From IMG/VR virus record IMGVR_UViG_3300033149_003115, positions 1 to 64,000 of that record: a DNA stretch of 64,000 bases, one strand, 5' to 3'. The notes below the pieces were generated by a model. That model saw nothing but the letters and a program-made list of their open reading frames with translations, made no database searches and had not been told where the DNA came from. A program made the position numbers and the translations under genes. Each line of letters starts with the position of its first letter. Position 1 is the first letter of the stretch. Below, in pieces: positions 1 through 10,838 of this stretch. The DNA is from a virus.

Positions 1-10
1 TTTTTTTTTA

Positions 11-619
11 GTGTTAAAGGTTGTGTTTGTTCATATGCCTTTAATGATAGACAATAAAGAGCTAGAAGTTTTAAAGGGTAAGAGAAACAGAGCCATTACT
101 AAAGTAATTGATTATGATAACCTAACAGTTCAGTTCTTAACATCTTATTCTTTACCTACAAAGATCAATATTCCTATAACAGATATTTATTCAGATAAGG
201 GTTTAACCATTAAGAATTATAACATTAAAGCTTTAGGTAATTCTCAAAATATGTTAGTTAAAGTGTTTTCATATGCTAATAAGTCTAGACAACAGCTTTA
301 CTATTTCAACCATAACGACTTATTAGCTAAATCCTTTCTTAAGACCAGCTTACCAAAATATGTTAAAGCTGTTCTCTTACGTTTGGTTATTTCTCTTATC
401 AAGATACCTAGAAAACCACTAGAGCCACCTCGGAGCCCTTATTTTAAGCCTAAAAAACCCATCTTAACTTTAACTGTTAATTGTCCTCTGAACAAAATCA
501 ATATTCCTATTTCCATGTGTCAAGCATGTGGTTATTTCATTAGGTATAGACACGAATACCAAACCATCAAGGGTAAACGAGTTAAAGTAATAAAAGACGT
601 TATTTGTAAGCTAGAATAG
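11..619 (+). CDS. hypothetical basic protein with C-terminal Cys cluster
   Basis: 202-aa ORF, Lys-rich, C..CxxC..C near the C-terminus; no family recognised. Confidence 0.55.
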   Translation: MLKVVFVHMPLMIDNKELEVLKGKRNRAITKVIDYDNLTVQFLTSYSLPTKINIPITDIYSDKGLTIKNYNIKALGNSQNMLVKVFSYANKSRQQLYYFNHNDLLAKSFLKTSLPKYVKAVLLRLVISLIKIPRKPLEPPRSPYFKPKKPILTLTVNCPLNKINIPISMCQACGYFIRYRHEYQTIKGKRVKVIKDVICKLE

Positions 620-1744
620 CTTCTTTAACTTCTTCATTCTTACCTTATTCTCATTATTCTAATTCTTTAGAAGGATATCCTTCATGTCTAGAAATTTCTA
701 TCTTGAACTAGAGCTAGTTAGCTCTAAGCTCAAGACCATGATCAAGCTACTCAAGAGCCCTAATATTCAGTATTTTGAAAAAGGGTACTTGATCAGCTTT
801 GTGATTTTAAACCTAAAGGATATCCAGATGGAGGTTGAGCTACTAGGCAGAGATAAGCTAATAATAGCTGAAAAAATGCAAAAGTGAAAAAGAGGTATTG
901 GTAATTTGGCTAAATGTTTAGTATGTGGTAAAGAGTTCATAATGGATCAGAAATACCTTAAGGAATTTGGCTACTCTATAGCTCGTAAGCTATTGTGCTC
1001 ATGGGAATGTTACTACAAATATGTAAATAACCCTGAAAAATATCAGATGTTCAAATAATAGTCGCTTATTATTATTCCACTCTTAAAGATCACCTGGAGA
1101 ATAAGATTATGAGAATAGAAGATTATGCTGAAACAGAGCTCAAGGAACTACTCAAGAGAATCAGGAACTATCTGAAAGAGGAACACAAGAAGGATGGTAT
1201 TACGATCTGGAAAGAGGTAAACGAACATTACTACAATATTCTAAAATCAGTTATTTTACCAATTATAGAGTTTGAGATAGAAACCTACAAGTAGCTGACT
1301 TGGAGAATAAGGTCATGAATGTTAAAGCTCATATTGGAGCAGATCTTAAGAGAATAAGAAGATATTTCAAAAGAGATCAAAAGGTTGATCTAACTGAGTT
1401 CTTCAATAGATGTATAGAAGCAGCTGACAGAGAACCAACCAGAGTTATTAGACAGCTTAAAAGAGTTAAAAGAATGGTTGGTAAAGAAGAATTTGAGAAA
1501 CAATTTATTCAATATAAGAAAAACAGAGAAATATTTCCAAAGATAGCTCCCTTTCTATTTGGTAAAGTGTGGAGAGACTATGATTATGAATAAAATAACA
1601 CATAGGTGAACAACATGGAAAAACCAGAATGTTTTGGTATGTATAACTCCCTAGACCCAAACTGTGAACTAAGCTGTAGATATAGCTCTGAATGTAAGAA
1701 AAAGAGACAAGAAATAGAAGGTTCGTAGAGGAGCCTTAGCTCTT

Positions 1745-2161
1745 TTGAAGCTCTTAAGGCTATTTCGTAGATCACTATCAAGTAAACCTAGAACTATCGT
1801 AGCTCCAGCTTCGATCCCGATCTGGAACACTGACATCATGGTTAAGATAACCCTTGTAAAGGGTTATGGTCTGATAAAGACATCACCACCTATTGACATA
1901 TTTGCTTATTCACCCCAGCTGGATGCTATATTGATCCCAGTGATATCCTCTGATTACTACTACACCTTTAGGAGCTTTATCAAGTCCTTATCCCATGAAG
2001 AGCTTCATAGAGTGTTAGCACATCTAGTAGGTCATGAAGCTTCTACTCAACTTGATTTCTTAATAAGACATGATCCTTCTATTAGAGAGTATTTGTTCAA
2101 TGAAGACCCCTACGAGGATGATGATGATTTTAGCTATATCATGGAAAAAATAAAGAAGTAA
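1745..2161 (+). CDS. putative zincin-like metallopeptidase (HExxH)
   Basis: SLSHEELHRVL motif; start uncertain. Confidence 0.45.
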   Translation: MKLLRLFRRSLSSKPRTIVAPASIPIWNTDIMVKITLVKGYGLIKTSPPIDIFAYSPQLDAILIPVISSDYYYTFRSFIKSLSHEELHRVLAHLVGHEASTQLDFLIRHDPSIREYLFNEDPYEDDDDFSYIMEKIKK

Positions 2162-2498
2162 GAAGATCTAGAAGGTTTTCTTTTTGATTAGTCTAAAGCT
2201 TCTAGAGCAAATAGCTCTTTCACACATTGAGAGAGCCATAGAGCTTATAGAGGCTATCCTAGATTTAATACATTTTAGGATCAGGGTTTGCTACATCTTA
2301 ATCTCAACTACTCTACTAGACAAAATAGATCATTTTAATCACCTAATCATGGAGATAGGAGAGGGTAAGAGATTGAAAAGAAAGACTACGTATATCGTCT
2401 ATTACACATGCTCTGATCTAGAGACAGCTAGACACATTGTCTCAGTAGTAGCTAAAAGAGTGGGAATATCGGGTTCTATCAAGAGGGAGGACATGTAA

Positions 2499-4169
2499 TT
2501 GTCCAACACTATAAACCTAGAGTTTGATCCCAGAGTGATGTCTCTATTAGCTAGAGACCTCTACAAGGAAAGGCTATCGTTCTTAAGAGAGCTAATACAG
2601 AACAGCTATGATGCAGGAGCTAATGAGATCAACTGGATCATAGACTATGATAATAAGACCATCACAGAGGAGGACAATGGAAGAGGTATGAGCTATGACT
2701 TTCTTATTAGTGACTTCAGGAGAATAGGTAAGAGCTTCAAGACATCTAGTGATCAGATAGGGTTCTATGGCATAGGAAGGTTATCTATATGGCTGGTAGC
2801 TGATAGAGCAACCATCAGAACAAAGGATGCTTTCCTAAGCTGGGATGAGATAAGCTCCTACAATGTTGAGAAGACTGATAATGAGTACAAAGGGTTGAGG
2901 TTCACTATCCACATTAAGGATGAGCATGAAAGTATCCTGTCCAAGTGGAGGATACTTAACTACATAGAAGACAACATCATATTACCCATCAACATCACAG
3001 TGAAGGAGGTATCTAGTCACAAGACACTGAGCGAATCATCTTTCTCTAACAGCTCATTCCAATACCCCTATACATTCTATGATGGGATAGGGAATGCTGA
3101 TGTGTACCTAAAACCAAACAGTAAATACTCATCTTATATCTACGTATATGAGCATGGTCTAAAGATAACATCCAAGTACTCCAGCAGTGTTAGTGCAATT
3201 ATCAACTATCATAAGAAGATAAGAACCCTATCCAGGGAATCTATAACTATATCTGATAATGAAATATTCCAGACCTTGTCTAGAGCTTACAAACACCTAG
3301 CTAGATCTCTTAGCTCTGAGGAGCTAGAATCCCTTAACAAGGGGATGTCTAAAGTAGCATCTAGGCTACAAGATACAGAGCTAGCTTCTCTTGTTGTAGT
3401 GAATCATCATCCTCTGAAGTATTACAGGTCAAACTCATACATGTACAGCAGACCAAGTACCCTGATCTCCAAGGCTCGGAGCATGGGTATTAATGTCATA
3501 GTCTCTGACAATGATGCCATCATCAACTGTATGGAGCTATTGGGAATACAACCATTGTCATCGATCAAGGATCAGCTCAGAGACACCTTCATATTGTCTA
3601 AAGCCAGAGACGAGATAGGAGTAGAGCTACTAAAGCAGAGCAACAAATACCTAGAGAAGCTAAGGAACTACACTCTTGAGGCTTATAACAAGGTGGACAC
3701 ATCATCAATAGGAAAGATAGTCAAGGACATGGAACTCTCAAAAGTAGAGAGTTCGATCAAGAGCATGGATTTAGCAGAAGCTAAAGTGATAAATGATCCT
3801 TCATCTAAAGAGCTGATATTATATGGTAACACAGGGTTTGGATACAGTGATGAGGAGATAGATGCATGGACAAGTCAAGGAAGGATATTCCTTAACCTCA
3901 ACAGTAACCTAGTCAAGACAGCTCTAGAGACTAGACGGTTTGACATCCTTCAAGAGACACTAATACATGAATATGTCCATCTACTGGGGTACCTCTGGCA
4001 TGACAATGACTTCATGACTGTGTATTCTTACTTGATAGATGAGATATCTATAGACAGAGCTAGGAGAACCCATCTAGCTGAGGTAGAAGCTGGCTCACTG
4101 CCTCCAGACTTGTTATCCAAGTTTGATAATGTCAACAGAGTTAGGATAGAAATAGATCCCATAGACTAA
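2499..4169 (+). CDS. GHKL (HSP90/MORC-like) ATPase fused to C-terminal HExxH metallopeptidase-like domain
   Basis: LRELIQNSYDA, EDNGRGMS, IGFYGIG (GHKL motifs); C-terminal LIHEYVHLLGYLWHDNDF. Confidence 0.8.
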   Translation: MSNTINLEFDPRVMSLLARDLYKERLSFLRELIQNSYDAGANEINWIIDYDNKTITEEDNGRGMSYDFLISDFRRIGKSFKTSSDQIGFYGIGRLSIWLVADRATIRTKDAFLSWDEISSYNVEKTDNEYKGLRFTIHIKDEHESILSKWRILNYIEDNIILPINITVKEVSSHKTLSESSFSNSSFQYPYTFYDGIGNADVYLKPNSKYSSYIYVYEHGLKITSKYSSSVSAIINYHKKIRTLSRESITISDNEIFQTLSRAYKHLARSLSSEELESLNKGMSKVASRLQDTELASLVVVNHHPLKYYRSNSYMYSRPSTLISKARSMGINVIVSDNDAIINCMELLGIQPLSSIKDQLRDTFILSKARDEIGVELLKQSNKYLEKLRNYTLEAYNKVDTSSIGKIVKDMELSKVESSIKSMDLAEAKVINDPSSKELILYGNTGFGYSDEEIDAWTSQGRIFLNLNSNLVKTALETRRFDILQETLIHEYVHLLGYLWHDNDFMTVYSYLIDEISIDRARRTHLAEVEAGSLPPDLLSKFDNVNRVRIEIDPID

Positions 4170-4202
4170 AGTGGTAACATCTCAGACATGAGGTGAAATG
4201 AG

Positions 4203-4382
4203 ATGAAGCAATGGGAGAGCAAGCCTTGGAAATGTCCAGAATGTGGAGAAACCTCTTTTAAGCTCCACATATCTGAAGAGGGGATATGGCTAGAATGCTC
4301 TGTATGTGGATACCTCAATGAGATACCTGAAGACGTTATCAGATCATTTGTTGAAGCTACTAATATCATCCCTCGAGGATAA
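4203..4382 (+). CDS. small zinc-ribbon protein (59 aa, below ORF-track cutoff)
   Basis: translated by hand: MKQWESKPWKCPECG...LECSVCG...; GAGGTGA RBS upstream. Confidence 0.65.
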   Translation: MKQWESKPWKCPECGETSFKLHISEEGIWLECSVCGYLNEIPEDVIRSFVEATNIIPRG

Positions 4383-5305
4383 TTTATCTTTTAACAATAT
4401 CCTTACCACATTAAGGAGACATAGCTATAGAATGAAAATATCCAGAACACTCTGGATATACTTCTTTAAACTACTCATCCTTTTTAAGCTACATCATGTC
4501 TCCTCCATTAGGAGCTTCATAGAAGCCAGATCTCTGGCATTAGTTGATGACATAATTGAGGATATTCTAAATATTAGAATAATCATAAGGTGATATCATG
4601 AGCAAACAAGGTCTTAAGAAGCTAGTAAAGGATTGGTTCTACTCTGATCTAGACATAGAATTTAGACTAAAGGACAAAAAGACCAGAGAAGTAGCTTTAT
4701 GTACCTTTGAAAATAATGCCTGGTATGAGCATATTAATGATCCTACAAGAGGAGTGACTGTCAAGAGTATCAGACACAAGGGAGATCATAGAGAGTTCAT
4801 AGTGGTTGAGTGTAGTGATCACATGTTTGAAAACCTTAAGCAGTATTGTTATCAGGAATACACTATGGATCAAGTGTTGGATCTAATAGAAGAACTATCC
4901 CTTTATTATAGGTTCTTGAAGTAAAGTAACCTCAAACTGATGGAGGAGATAAGTAAGATGACCATTGATGAAGCTATCAAGTTCATGCTCTGGCTCCGTA
5001 AGAATCGTCCCTGGTATATTAACTCCTATCATGATATTTCCAATAAACAATGGGAAGAGATAATGAAAAAGGATTTTAAAGAATACTTTGAATCACAATA
5101 GGAAAGTGATACTACGTATGGGTAGAAGAAAGAGGAGTAAAGGAGCCAAGTACCATGGATACTGCTCCAAGTGTGGAGCTCCAGGGACTTACTATCAAGG
5201 ACAACCAGCTATATGTATCAAATGTGCTAATGATGCTTACATGAGACACCTGGAAGCTATCAGAAAGAAAAAGAGATCCTACCTAGCTAGGAGGAGTAAA
5301 AGGGT

Positions 5306-5461
5306 ATGAGGCAGACCAAGCTTACTGACTATGAAGAGTTTAGAGATCTATGCTTGTTCCTAGTTAGAAGCAGAGATGATTACCTGAAAAAGATAGAAGA
5401 GCTTAGAAGAAACAGATCAGAGGTGAAGCAGCTATGCTTAAGAGTAGTAAACATGAGATAG
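5306..5461 (+). CDS. 51-aa protein with N-terminal PIP-box-like motif
   Basis: translated by hand: MRQTKLTDYEEF...; ATG overlaps upstream stop (ATGA). Confidence 0.45.
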   Translation: MRQTKLTDYEEFRDLCLFLVRSRDDYLKKIEELRRNRSEVKQLCLRVVNMR

Positions 5462-5853
5462 AGGAAATATCCACCATGCTCGATGAGTTCTGTCTATCCC
5501 TAGACCTAGACCTATCTGAAGATGTCAAAGAGTTCCGACCATTCGTGGAAAGAGGGATAGAGTATTACGAGATAGACCTTAAGGATAGTAGGAGCTACAT
5601 CCTACTAAAGAGTGAGGAAGATGCTATTTCTCTAGCTACTATCAGAGCTGAAGATAGCTTTCTAGACAACCCTCAGCTCTTTAATCAAGACTGGATATTC
5701 TCCTTGTATATTGAAAAGCTTGATAACAAGTCGTTCTCTGAGTATGTAGCAGAGGAAGCTGTCAGAGCAGATGGTTTTCTTTCCTTCCTATCATCGTACT
5801 CTGATGACTGCATAACCACACCTGAGGGCTACATCATCATAAGAACCAACTAG
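5434..5853 (+). CDS. hypothetical acidic protein
   Basis: 139-aa ORF with GAGGTGA RBS. Confidence 0.6.
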   Translation: MLKSSKHEIEEISTMLDEFCLSLDLDLSEDVKEFRPFVERGIEYYEIDLKDSRSYILLKSEEDAISLATIRAEDSFLDNPQLFNQDWIFSLYIEKLDNKSFSEYVAEEAVRADGFLSFLSSYSDDCITTPEGYIIIRTN

Positions 5854-5863
5854 TGATCTCAAA

Positions 5864-6412
5864 ATGGTCACTACAAGAGCTATCCTCAAGTTTTACAAAG
5901 TGTATAGGGATGCATCCAGAGAAAGGATAAAAGGCATCCTCACCACCAAGGACAAGGTTGTAGGACTAAAGCTAGAGGGTGATCCTGATATAGAAAACGC
6001 CTTTGAAAGATCAATCAATATCCTTACCAGAAAGATAGTTTGGTATCCTGAAACCCTCCTTTATGACTATGTAAAAGCAGCTGACACCTTCTTCTATAGC
6101 TCATATATCCATCAAGCTCTGAAAATACTAGATAAGAGAAGGAAAATCAAAGTGTCTCTAAGCTCATCACTGATGAGCAGATATATGAACAGAAAAGCTG
6201 AGACATACAGGATAATAAGGCTAAGTGACGGACTAGATGATGTGTTTGTCTCATCCCTATCTTTTACTACACCTTACCCAAGTCGTGATCTGAGATTGAA
6301 CAGGGATTACATCTTCATAGAGTGCTTATTCTGTGATCACCATAGCTCAACATGTGATCTTGACAAGTGTAGAGCTATATCCAAGAAATACACAATATCA
6401 GAGATCATATGA
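5864..6412 (+). CDS. hypothetical protein with C-terminal Cys cluster
   Basis: 182-aa ORF coupled to next gene. Confidence 0.55.
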   Translation: MVTTRAILKFYKVYRDASRERIKGILTTKDKVVGLKLEGDPDIENAFERSINILTRKIVWYPETLLYDYVKAADTFFYSSYIHQALKILDKRRKIKVSLSSSLMSRYMNRKAETYRIIRLSDGLDDVFVSSLSFTTPYPSRDLRLNRDYIFIECLFCDHHSSTCDLDKCRAISKKYTISEII

Positions 6413-6906
6413 GGAGATACTTCATGATAACCTGGATCAGAAATGGACCAATTGATTATCATTTAGCTATAGGTGAGCTGAGCGATGTGTTGAGACCACA
6501 CATTATAATGAGCAATCACTTTCTTCATCTGTTAAACCTAACTCAATACTCTGAGAAAATATCTGAACTATACAGAGGTAAAAACATCTGGATAGTTCAT
6601 AGCCCTATCCTTACTGATCCATCTAAAGATCATGATAGCTATGCCAGGTTTGTGCTGGAATGTGAATCTGCATATTACTCCTTAAGTCGTATCAAGTTTG
6701 CTTATCCCTCAGAGAATGTCCTAGTGTTTTGTGTAGCTGGTATGGACAGATCACCTTTCATAGTGGCTAAGTACCTAGTGGATAATATGAGCTACTCCTG
6801 GGGAGATGCCTATTCTCTTATCAAGGAGTGTAGACCTCAAGCTATAGAGCATTATGAATGGATACCTGAAACATGGGAGAGAGTACAATACAGGAAAAAA
6901 GAGTGA
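6409..6906 (+). CDS. dual-specificity/tyrosine phosphatase family protein
   Basis: CX5R P-loop VLVFCVAGMDRS followed by IVAKYL...DAYSLIKECRP. Confidence 0.8.
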   Translation: MRRYFMITWIRNGPIDYHLAIGELSDVLRPHIIMSNHFLHLLNLTQYSEKISELYRGKNIWIVHSPILTDPSKDHDSYARFVLECESAYYSLSRIKFAYPSENVLVFCVAGMDRSPFIVAKYLVDNMSYSWGDAYSLIKECRPQAIEHYEWIPETWERVQYRKKE

Positions 6907-7112
6907 AGGATAATGCCTAAGTTCAAAATCTCCACTTCTAAGATAATGTTAGAACACTGGATAGTGGAAGCTGAGAACGAGGAAGAAGCTAAGGACAACC
7001 TTTATGTCAAAGGTAAGAAGATAAAAGAATCTGTATTTGATGTCCAGATAGATCGGGTTGTAAAGCTAAAAGGACTATGACAAGAAGGTGATAAGCCAGG
7101 AGGTGGTGATTG

Positions 7113-7629
7113 TTGAAAACGTGGTTCACATCGGACACACACTTTCGGGCATAAGAATATTATAAAGTACTGTAAAAGACCTTTCAAGTCAGCTGATCAC
7201 ATGGACATGAGGCTGATCCAGCTGTGGAACTCCAGAGTGGACAAGCATGATATTGTTATCCATCTAGGAGACTTCATGTTCTATAAGAGGATCCATAAAC
7301 CCAGCTATTATTTTGATCAGCTTAATGGGATGCTACTCCCACTAAGGGGCAACCATGATCATAACAACTCATTGAACACCCCTATTCAGTCTCTGGTCAT
7401 CAAGCTAGGGGGTAAAGAGATATATTGTACTCATAATCCCAGAGATTATAACCCACAATATTCTATTAACCTAGTAGGACATGTCCATGATAAGTGGAGG
7501 ATAAAGAAGATATCCAGAACTTACCTAGTGAATGTGGGAGTTGATGTCTGGAATTATCATCCAATTGACATCAATGAGATAATTAGAGCTCTAAATAAAT
7601 ACAAGAGAGAAGAGGAGTCCCAGAGATAG
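7113..7629 (+). CDS. calcineurin-like metallophosphoesterase, split by a +1 frameshift near 7143-7146
   Basis: TTG at 7113 gives MKTWFTSDTHF; +1 frame continues FGHKNIIKYC...HLGDF...RGNHD...GHVH...NVGVD; RBS GGAGGTG upstream. Confidence 0.75.
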
Positions 7630-7827
7630 AAGAGCTAAACAACCTATTAGGACATTATGGAGTTCCTACTTTAGATCCGTATTTACTCCTCGTCCTAAAT
7701 ATTAAAGCTCTCTATCGGGAAAGCTCCTAAACCTTTATATTATAGTAAAGGTTAGGAGTAGACGCTTGGAGACATAAAGGAGTTCCTACCCTTTAGTGCA
7801 TTACTAGCTTACTCCTCGTCTCTGAGC
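7625..7827. ncRNA. candidate structured RNA: two copies of GAC..GGAGT-TCCTAC..ACTCC-TC-GTC separated by a hairpin
   Basis: copies start 120 nt apart (7651, 7771); closing stems differ but both pair; intergenic. Confidence 0.55.
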
Positions 7828-7855
7828 TTCTCTTAATATCAAGAGATGAACATAG

Positions 7856-9757
7856 TTGGATTCTATCATTAAGCTCTTTAAAGCCCTACCCATCAAGGTC
7901 AGGAAAGGATCTAAGCCAAGTTCCAAGCTCCTGATGGCTAGTGTTAGCAATGGTATTCTATTCTCTGAGGATGTTATCTATAATTACTCTGAGAACGATC
8001 TTCTATCCATGATAGACAGGATAAAGAGTATCATAGGACTATCACCAGAGGACATGAATGCATCATTCCACAAGTCATGGAAGAAAGTAAGAGACACTCC
8101 TATGTTTCAGCTGGTGTTTGAGCAGCTGATACATTATTTCACTACCTATGGATATGAGAGGCTAGGAGTATATAGCTCAGATTATGTCTTTATACCAGCT
8201 GAGGATCTGGAGATACCTTCTTTGAAAGAAGGAGTGTACCTAGTACTAATAAAGGGATACACTGATGATGAGATAAAAGACAAGCTATTATCCCTCCTCT
8301 CATCAGGGATAGCTCTAAAAGGTGACACTGTAAAAGACATAGTTAATGTAGCTCTATACCTCAATTCTAATGATCTACTGGATGAAAATGCTATTAGCTC
8401 TATCAGGAATAGAGAAGCTAGATGTCTATTGTATGAGTATCTAGGGATAGTTCCAGAGGATCCAGTGGAAATGTTAAGACTAATGGTCTACCAATCAACA
8501 GGTAGCTCTTTACTGATCAAGAATGGTGATCTATATTCTGAAATACGATCTAAGCAGAACCTAAACGTTCTAAGATCTCTTAGAAGATACTGGTCTCAGT
8601 ATGGGTTGGATCCTCTGGGTTCTATTTTCTATAGGTTTAGACCTATATTCCTATCATTCAGAACTAACCCAGGACTACGTAGGTATGTTAACAGGATAAG
8701 AAAGCTGGCTAGACACAATCACAAGCCCATGTCGCTTTCCTACCTAGATACCATCACTGCTAGGATCAACAGAGGAGAGATCATAGACACTATCAGGATC
8801 AAAGAGGAACTAGACAAAGTGAATATCTTTAGAAAGACCAGACTGGCTTATGCTCTCAAGTACAGGATGACTAACCCACGTGTTAACCTTTATAGGGTAA
8901 GAAATGGTAAAGCCTATGTCAAAGGATACACATTCAACAACATAGAAGAAGCTAGTAGGGTCTATGATATAGTTATACACTCCATAGTCTCTGGGCTGGA
9001 TCATCTCAAGGACAAGAGAGTGTATATTCCTGATCACATAGTCTATGCTCTTCCCACTACAGAGAAGCAGTTCACAGGAGACATACCCTCTGGTAGCTAT
9101 GTCAGGATAGGATCTGACATGGTGTTTGGTGTACACTGGGATAATGTTGGTAACCACAGAATAGATCTGGACTTATCCCTAATATCTCCAGAGGGTGGAA
9201 AGATAGGATGGGATGCAAGTTACAGGTTAGGAAATGAGATACTATTCTCAGGTGATCTGACTGATGCTGCTAATGGTGCATCAGAGCTCTTCTATCTAAA
9301 GAGGGTAACATCTAAGAAAGACCTCATAGTCTTCCTCAACTATTACAACTACTCCAGAGACATCTCTGTACCTTACAAGATATTGGTAGCTAAGGAGCAA
9401 GTAGATGCTCTAGAGGAAAACTACATGGTTCATCCTAACAACGTCAAGTGTATCACCACTTCCAGTATCAGATCTAAACAGAAAGTACTAGGTATAGTCA
9501 GCATCTCTCCCACAGAGTCTAGATTCTACTTTTCAGAATGTACCCTAGGTAACAGTATCACATCATCCTATTCTAACATAAGCATGATGGCTAGAGAATA
9601 CCTGATCAAATACTACACAGACCCTATCAGCTTAGGTGATATCCTTTCTAGGGCTGGTTGTAAGATCGTTAACAAAAGAGAGGATGCTGAGATCAACTTA
9701 TCTCCTAATACCCTAGAGAAAGACAGAATAATTTCCATCCTAACAGGATCAGAATGA
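7856..9757 (+). CDS. large protein with C-terminal TerD-like domain
   Basis: FGVHW...RIDLDLSL...KIGWD...FSGDLTDA.NGASE motif string typical of viral TerD-related proteins. Confidence 0.6.
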   Translation: MDSIIKLFKALPIKVRKGSKPSSKLLMASVSNGILFSEDVIYNYSENDLLSMIDRIKSIIGLSPEDMNASFHKSWKKVRDTPMFQLVFEQLIHYFTTYGYERLGVYSSDYVFIPAEDLEIPSLKEGVYLVLIKGYTDDEIKDKLLSLLSSGIALKGDTVKDIVNVALYLNSNDLLDENAISSIRNREARCLLYEYLGIVPEDPVEMLRLMVYQSTGSSLLIKNGDLYSEIRSKQNLNVLRSLRRYWSQYGLDPLGSIFYRFRPIFLSFRTNPGLRRYVNRIRKLARHNHKPMSLSYLDTITARINRGEIIDTIRIKEELDKVNIFRKTRLAYALKYRMTNPRVNLYRVRNGKAYVKGYTFNNIEEASRVYDIVIHSIVSGLDHLKDKRVYIPDHIVYALPTTEKQFTGDIPSGSYVRIGSDMVFGVHWDNVGNHRIDLDLSLISPEGGKIGWDASYRLGNEILFSGDLTDAANGASELFYLKRVTSKKDLIVFLNYYNYSRDISVPYKILVAKEQVDALEENYMVHPNNVKCITTSSIRSKQKVLGIVSISPTESRFYFSECTLGNSITSSYSNISMMAREYLIKYYTDPISLGDILSRAGCKIVNKREDAEINLSPNTLEKDRIISILTGSE

Positions 9758-9797
9758 TCTATAGTAGTATTATATCAGAGCTTGTGAGGACAGCTAA

Positions 9798-10058
9798 ATG
9801 TGGAAGATAGTAGATGAATCTCCTTATTATTATAAGGTAGTCTATTTCAAAGGGTACCAGGTCTTCACAGTGGATGACAACATCCTTGATCTAAGCTGTT
9901 TCCTTGAGGATTTGTGTAATGCAGAGTATTCCTATGAGGAAGCTCTTAAGATATCCAAAAGATTGGATTCTCTATCTAAGATATGTGATCTCCAGAGGAT
10001 CAAGATCATCAATAGACCAACCATCCTTGATAAGGAGTACTTACGAGATCATGTTTAA
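9798..10058 (+). CDS. hypothetical protein, paralog of 20857-21129
   Basis: shared QVFxVDDNxLDL..F.EDLCNAEYSYEEA. Confidence 0.7.
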   Translation: MWKIVDESPYYYKVVYFKGYQVFTVDDNILDLSCFLEDLCNAEYSYEEALKISKRLDSLSKICDLQRIKIINRPTILDKEYLRDHV

Positions 10059-10838
10059 AGATATTTATGGATGATGAGATACATGGTCAAATCAAGAGAT
10101 CAGACATCATCAGACACTATAGGACTTCTATTACCACCTGATAGTATCTGGAGATCTATCTCTGATATCTATAAGAAGATAGATGAGATAGAGAAGAGAC
10201 TGGATAACATCACAGATGAACTAAAAAGACTAGAGAAAGAGTTCTGTGATCATTGTACTTCAGATAAGTGATGATCTTGAGCAAGAGATTCTATCTCCTA
10301 GATCAGACCAACAGACCAATAGCCTGTGTGATTAAAGAGGGAGATGTGTTCATAGTCTGTGATCTCAATGGTAAAGAGCTCTTTAGAACCCCCAACATCA
10401 GGGTTAAAGATGCTATCAGGAGAGCTTTACTAACACTATCTTGTATAGTAGTGTGAGATGAGGATCAATGGATAAAATGACCAGAGTATTCTTGATATGT
10501 TCAACATTTGTATTTGTAGTCATGATCCTAGCAGCTCATTACATCATCCTGAGCTACTCTTATGATTATGACTATATCAAGGAAGATCATCCAGAGCTTC
10601 TAGAGTATGATAAGAACACCTTGTCAAGAGCATCCAATGCTCTTAACTATATAGACCCAGAATTCAAGATTACCACTTATGCTCTTTTCTTAGTAGTAGC
10701 TGGCTTGCTTATGCTCTTGTTAGCTTGTATCATGGAGGATGTCCTAAGCTAGATCTGATATCTCCTTTAAAGCACTCTAATACCAAGAGATAGCTAAATT
10801 TGGTAAACATCGATACTCTCATAAAGAGGGTAAAATAA

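Noticed and set aside
566-597. Unit 2 dinucleotides AT AA GG AA CG GT match codon positions 1-2 of ATC AAG GGT AAA CGA GTT in the first ORF (possible self-target under a skip-one code)
   Set aside because: Only six consecutive dinucleotides match and the flanks mismatch. With four units, many registers and both strands of an AT-rich 64 kb, this is plausibly chance; it needs a shuffled-control search.
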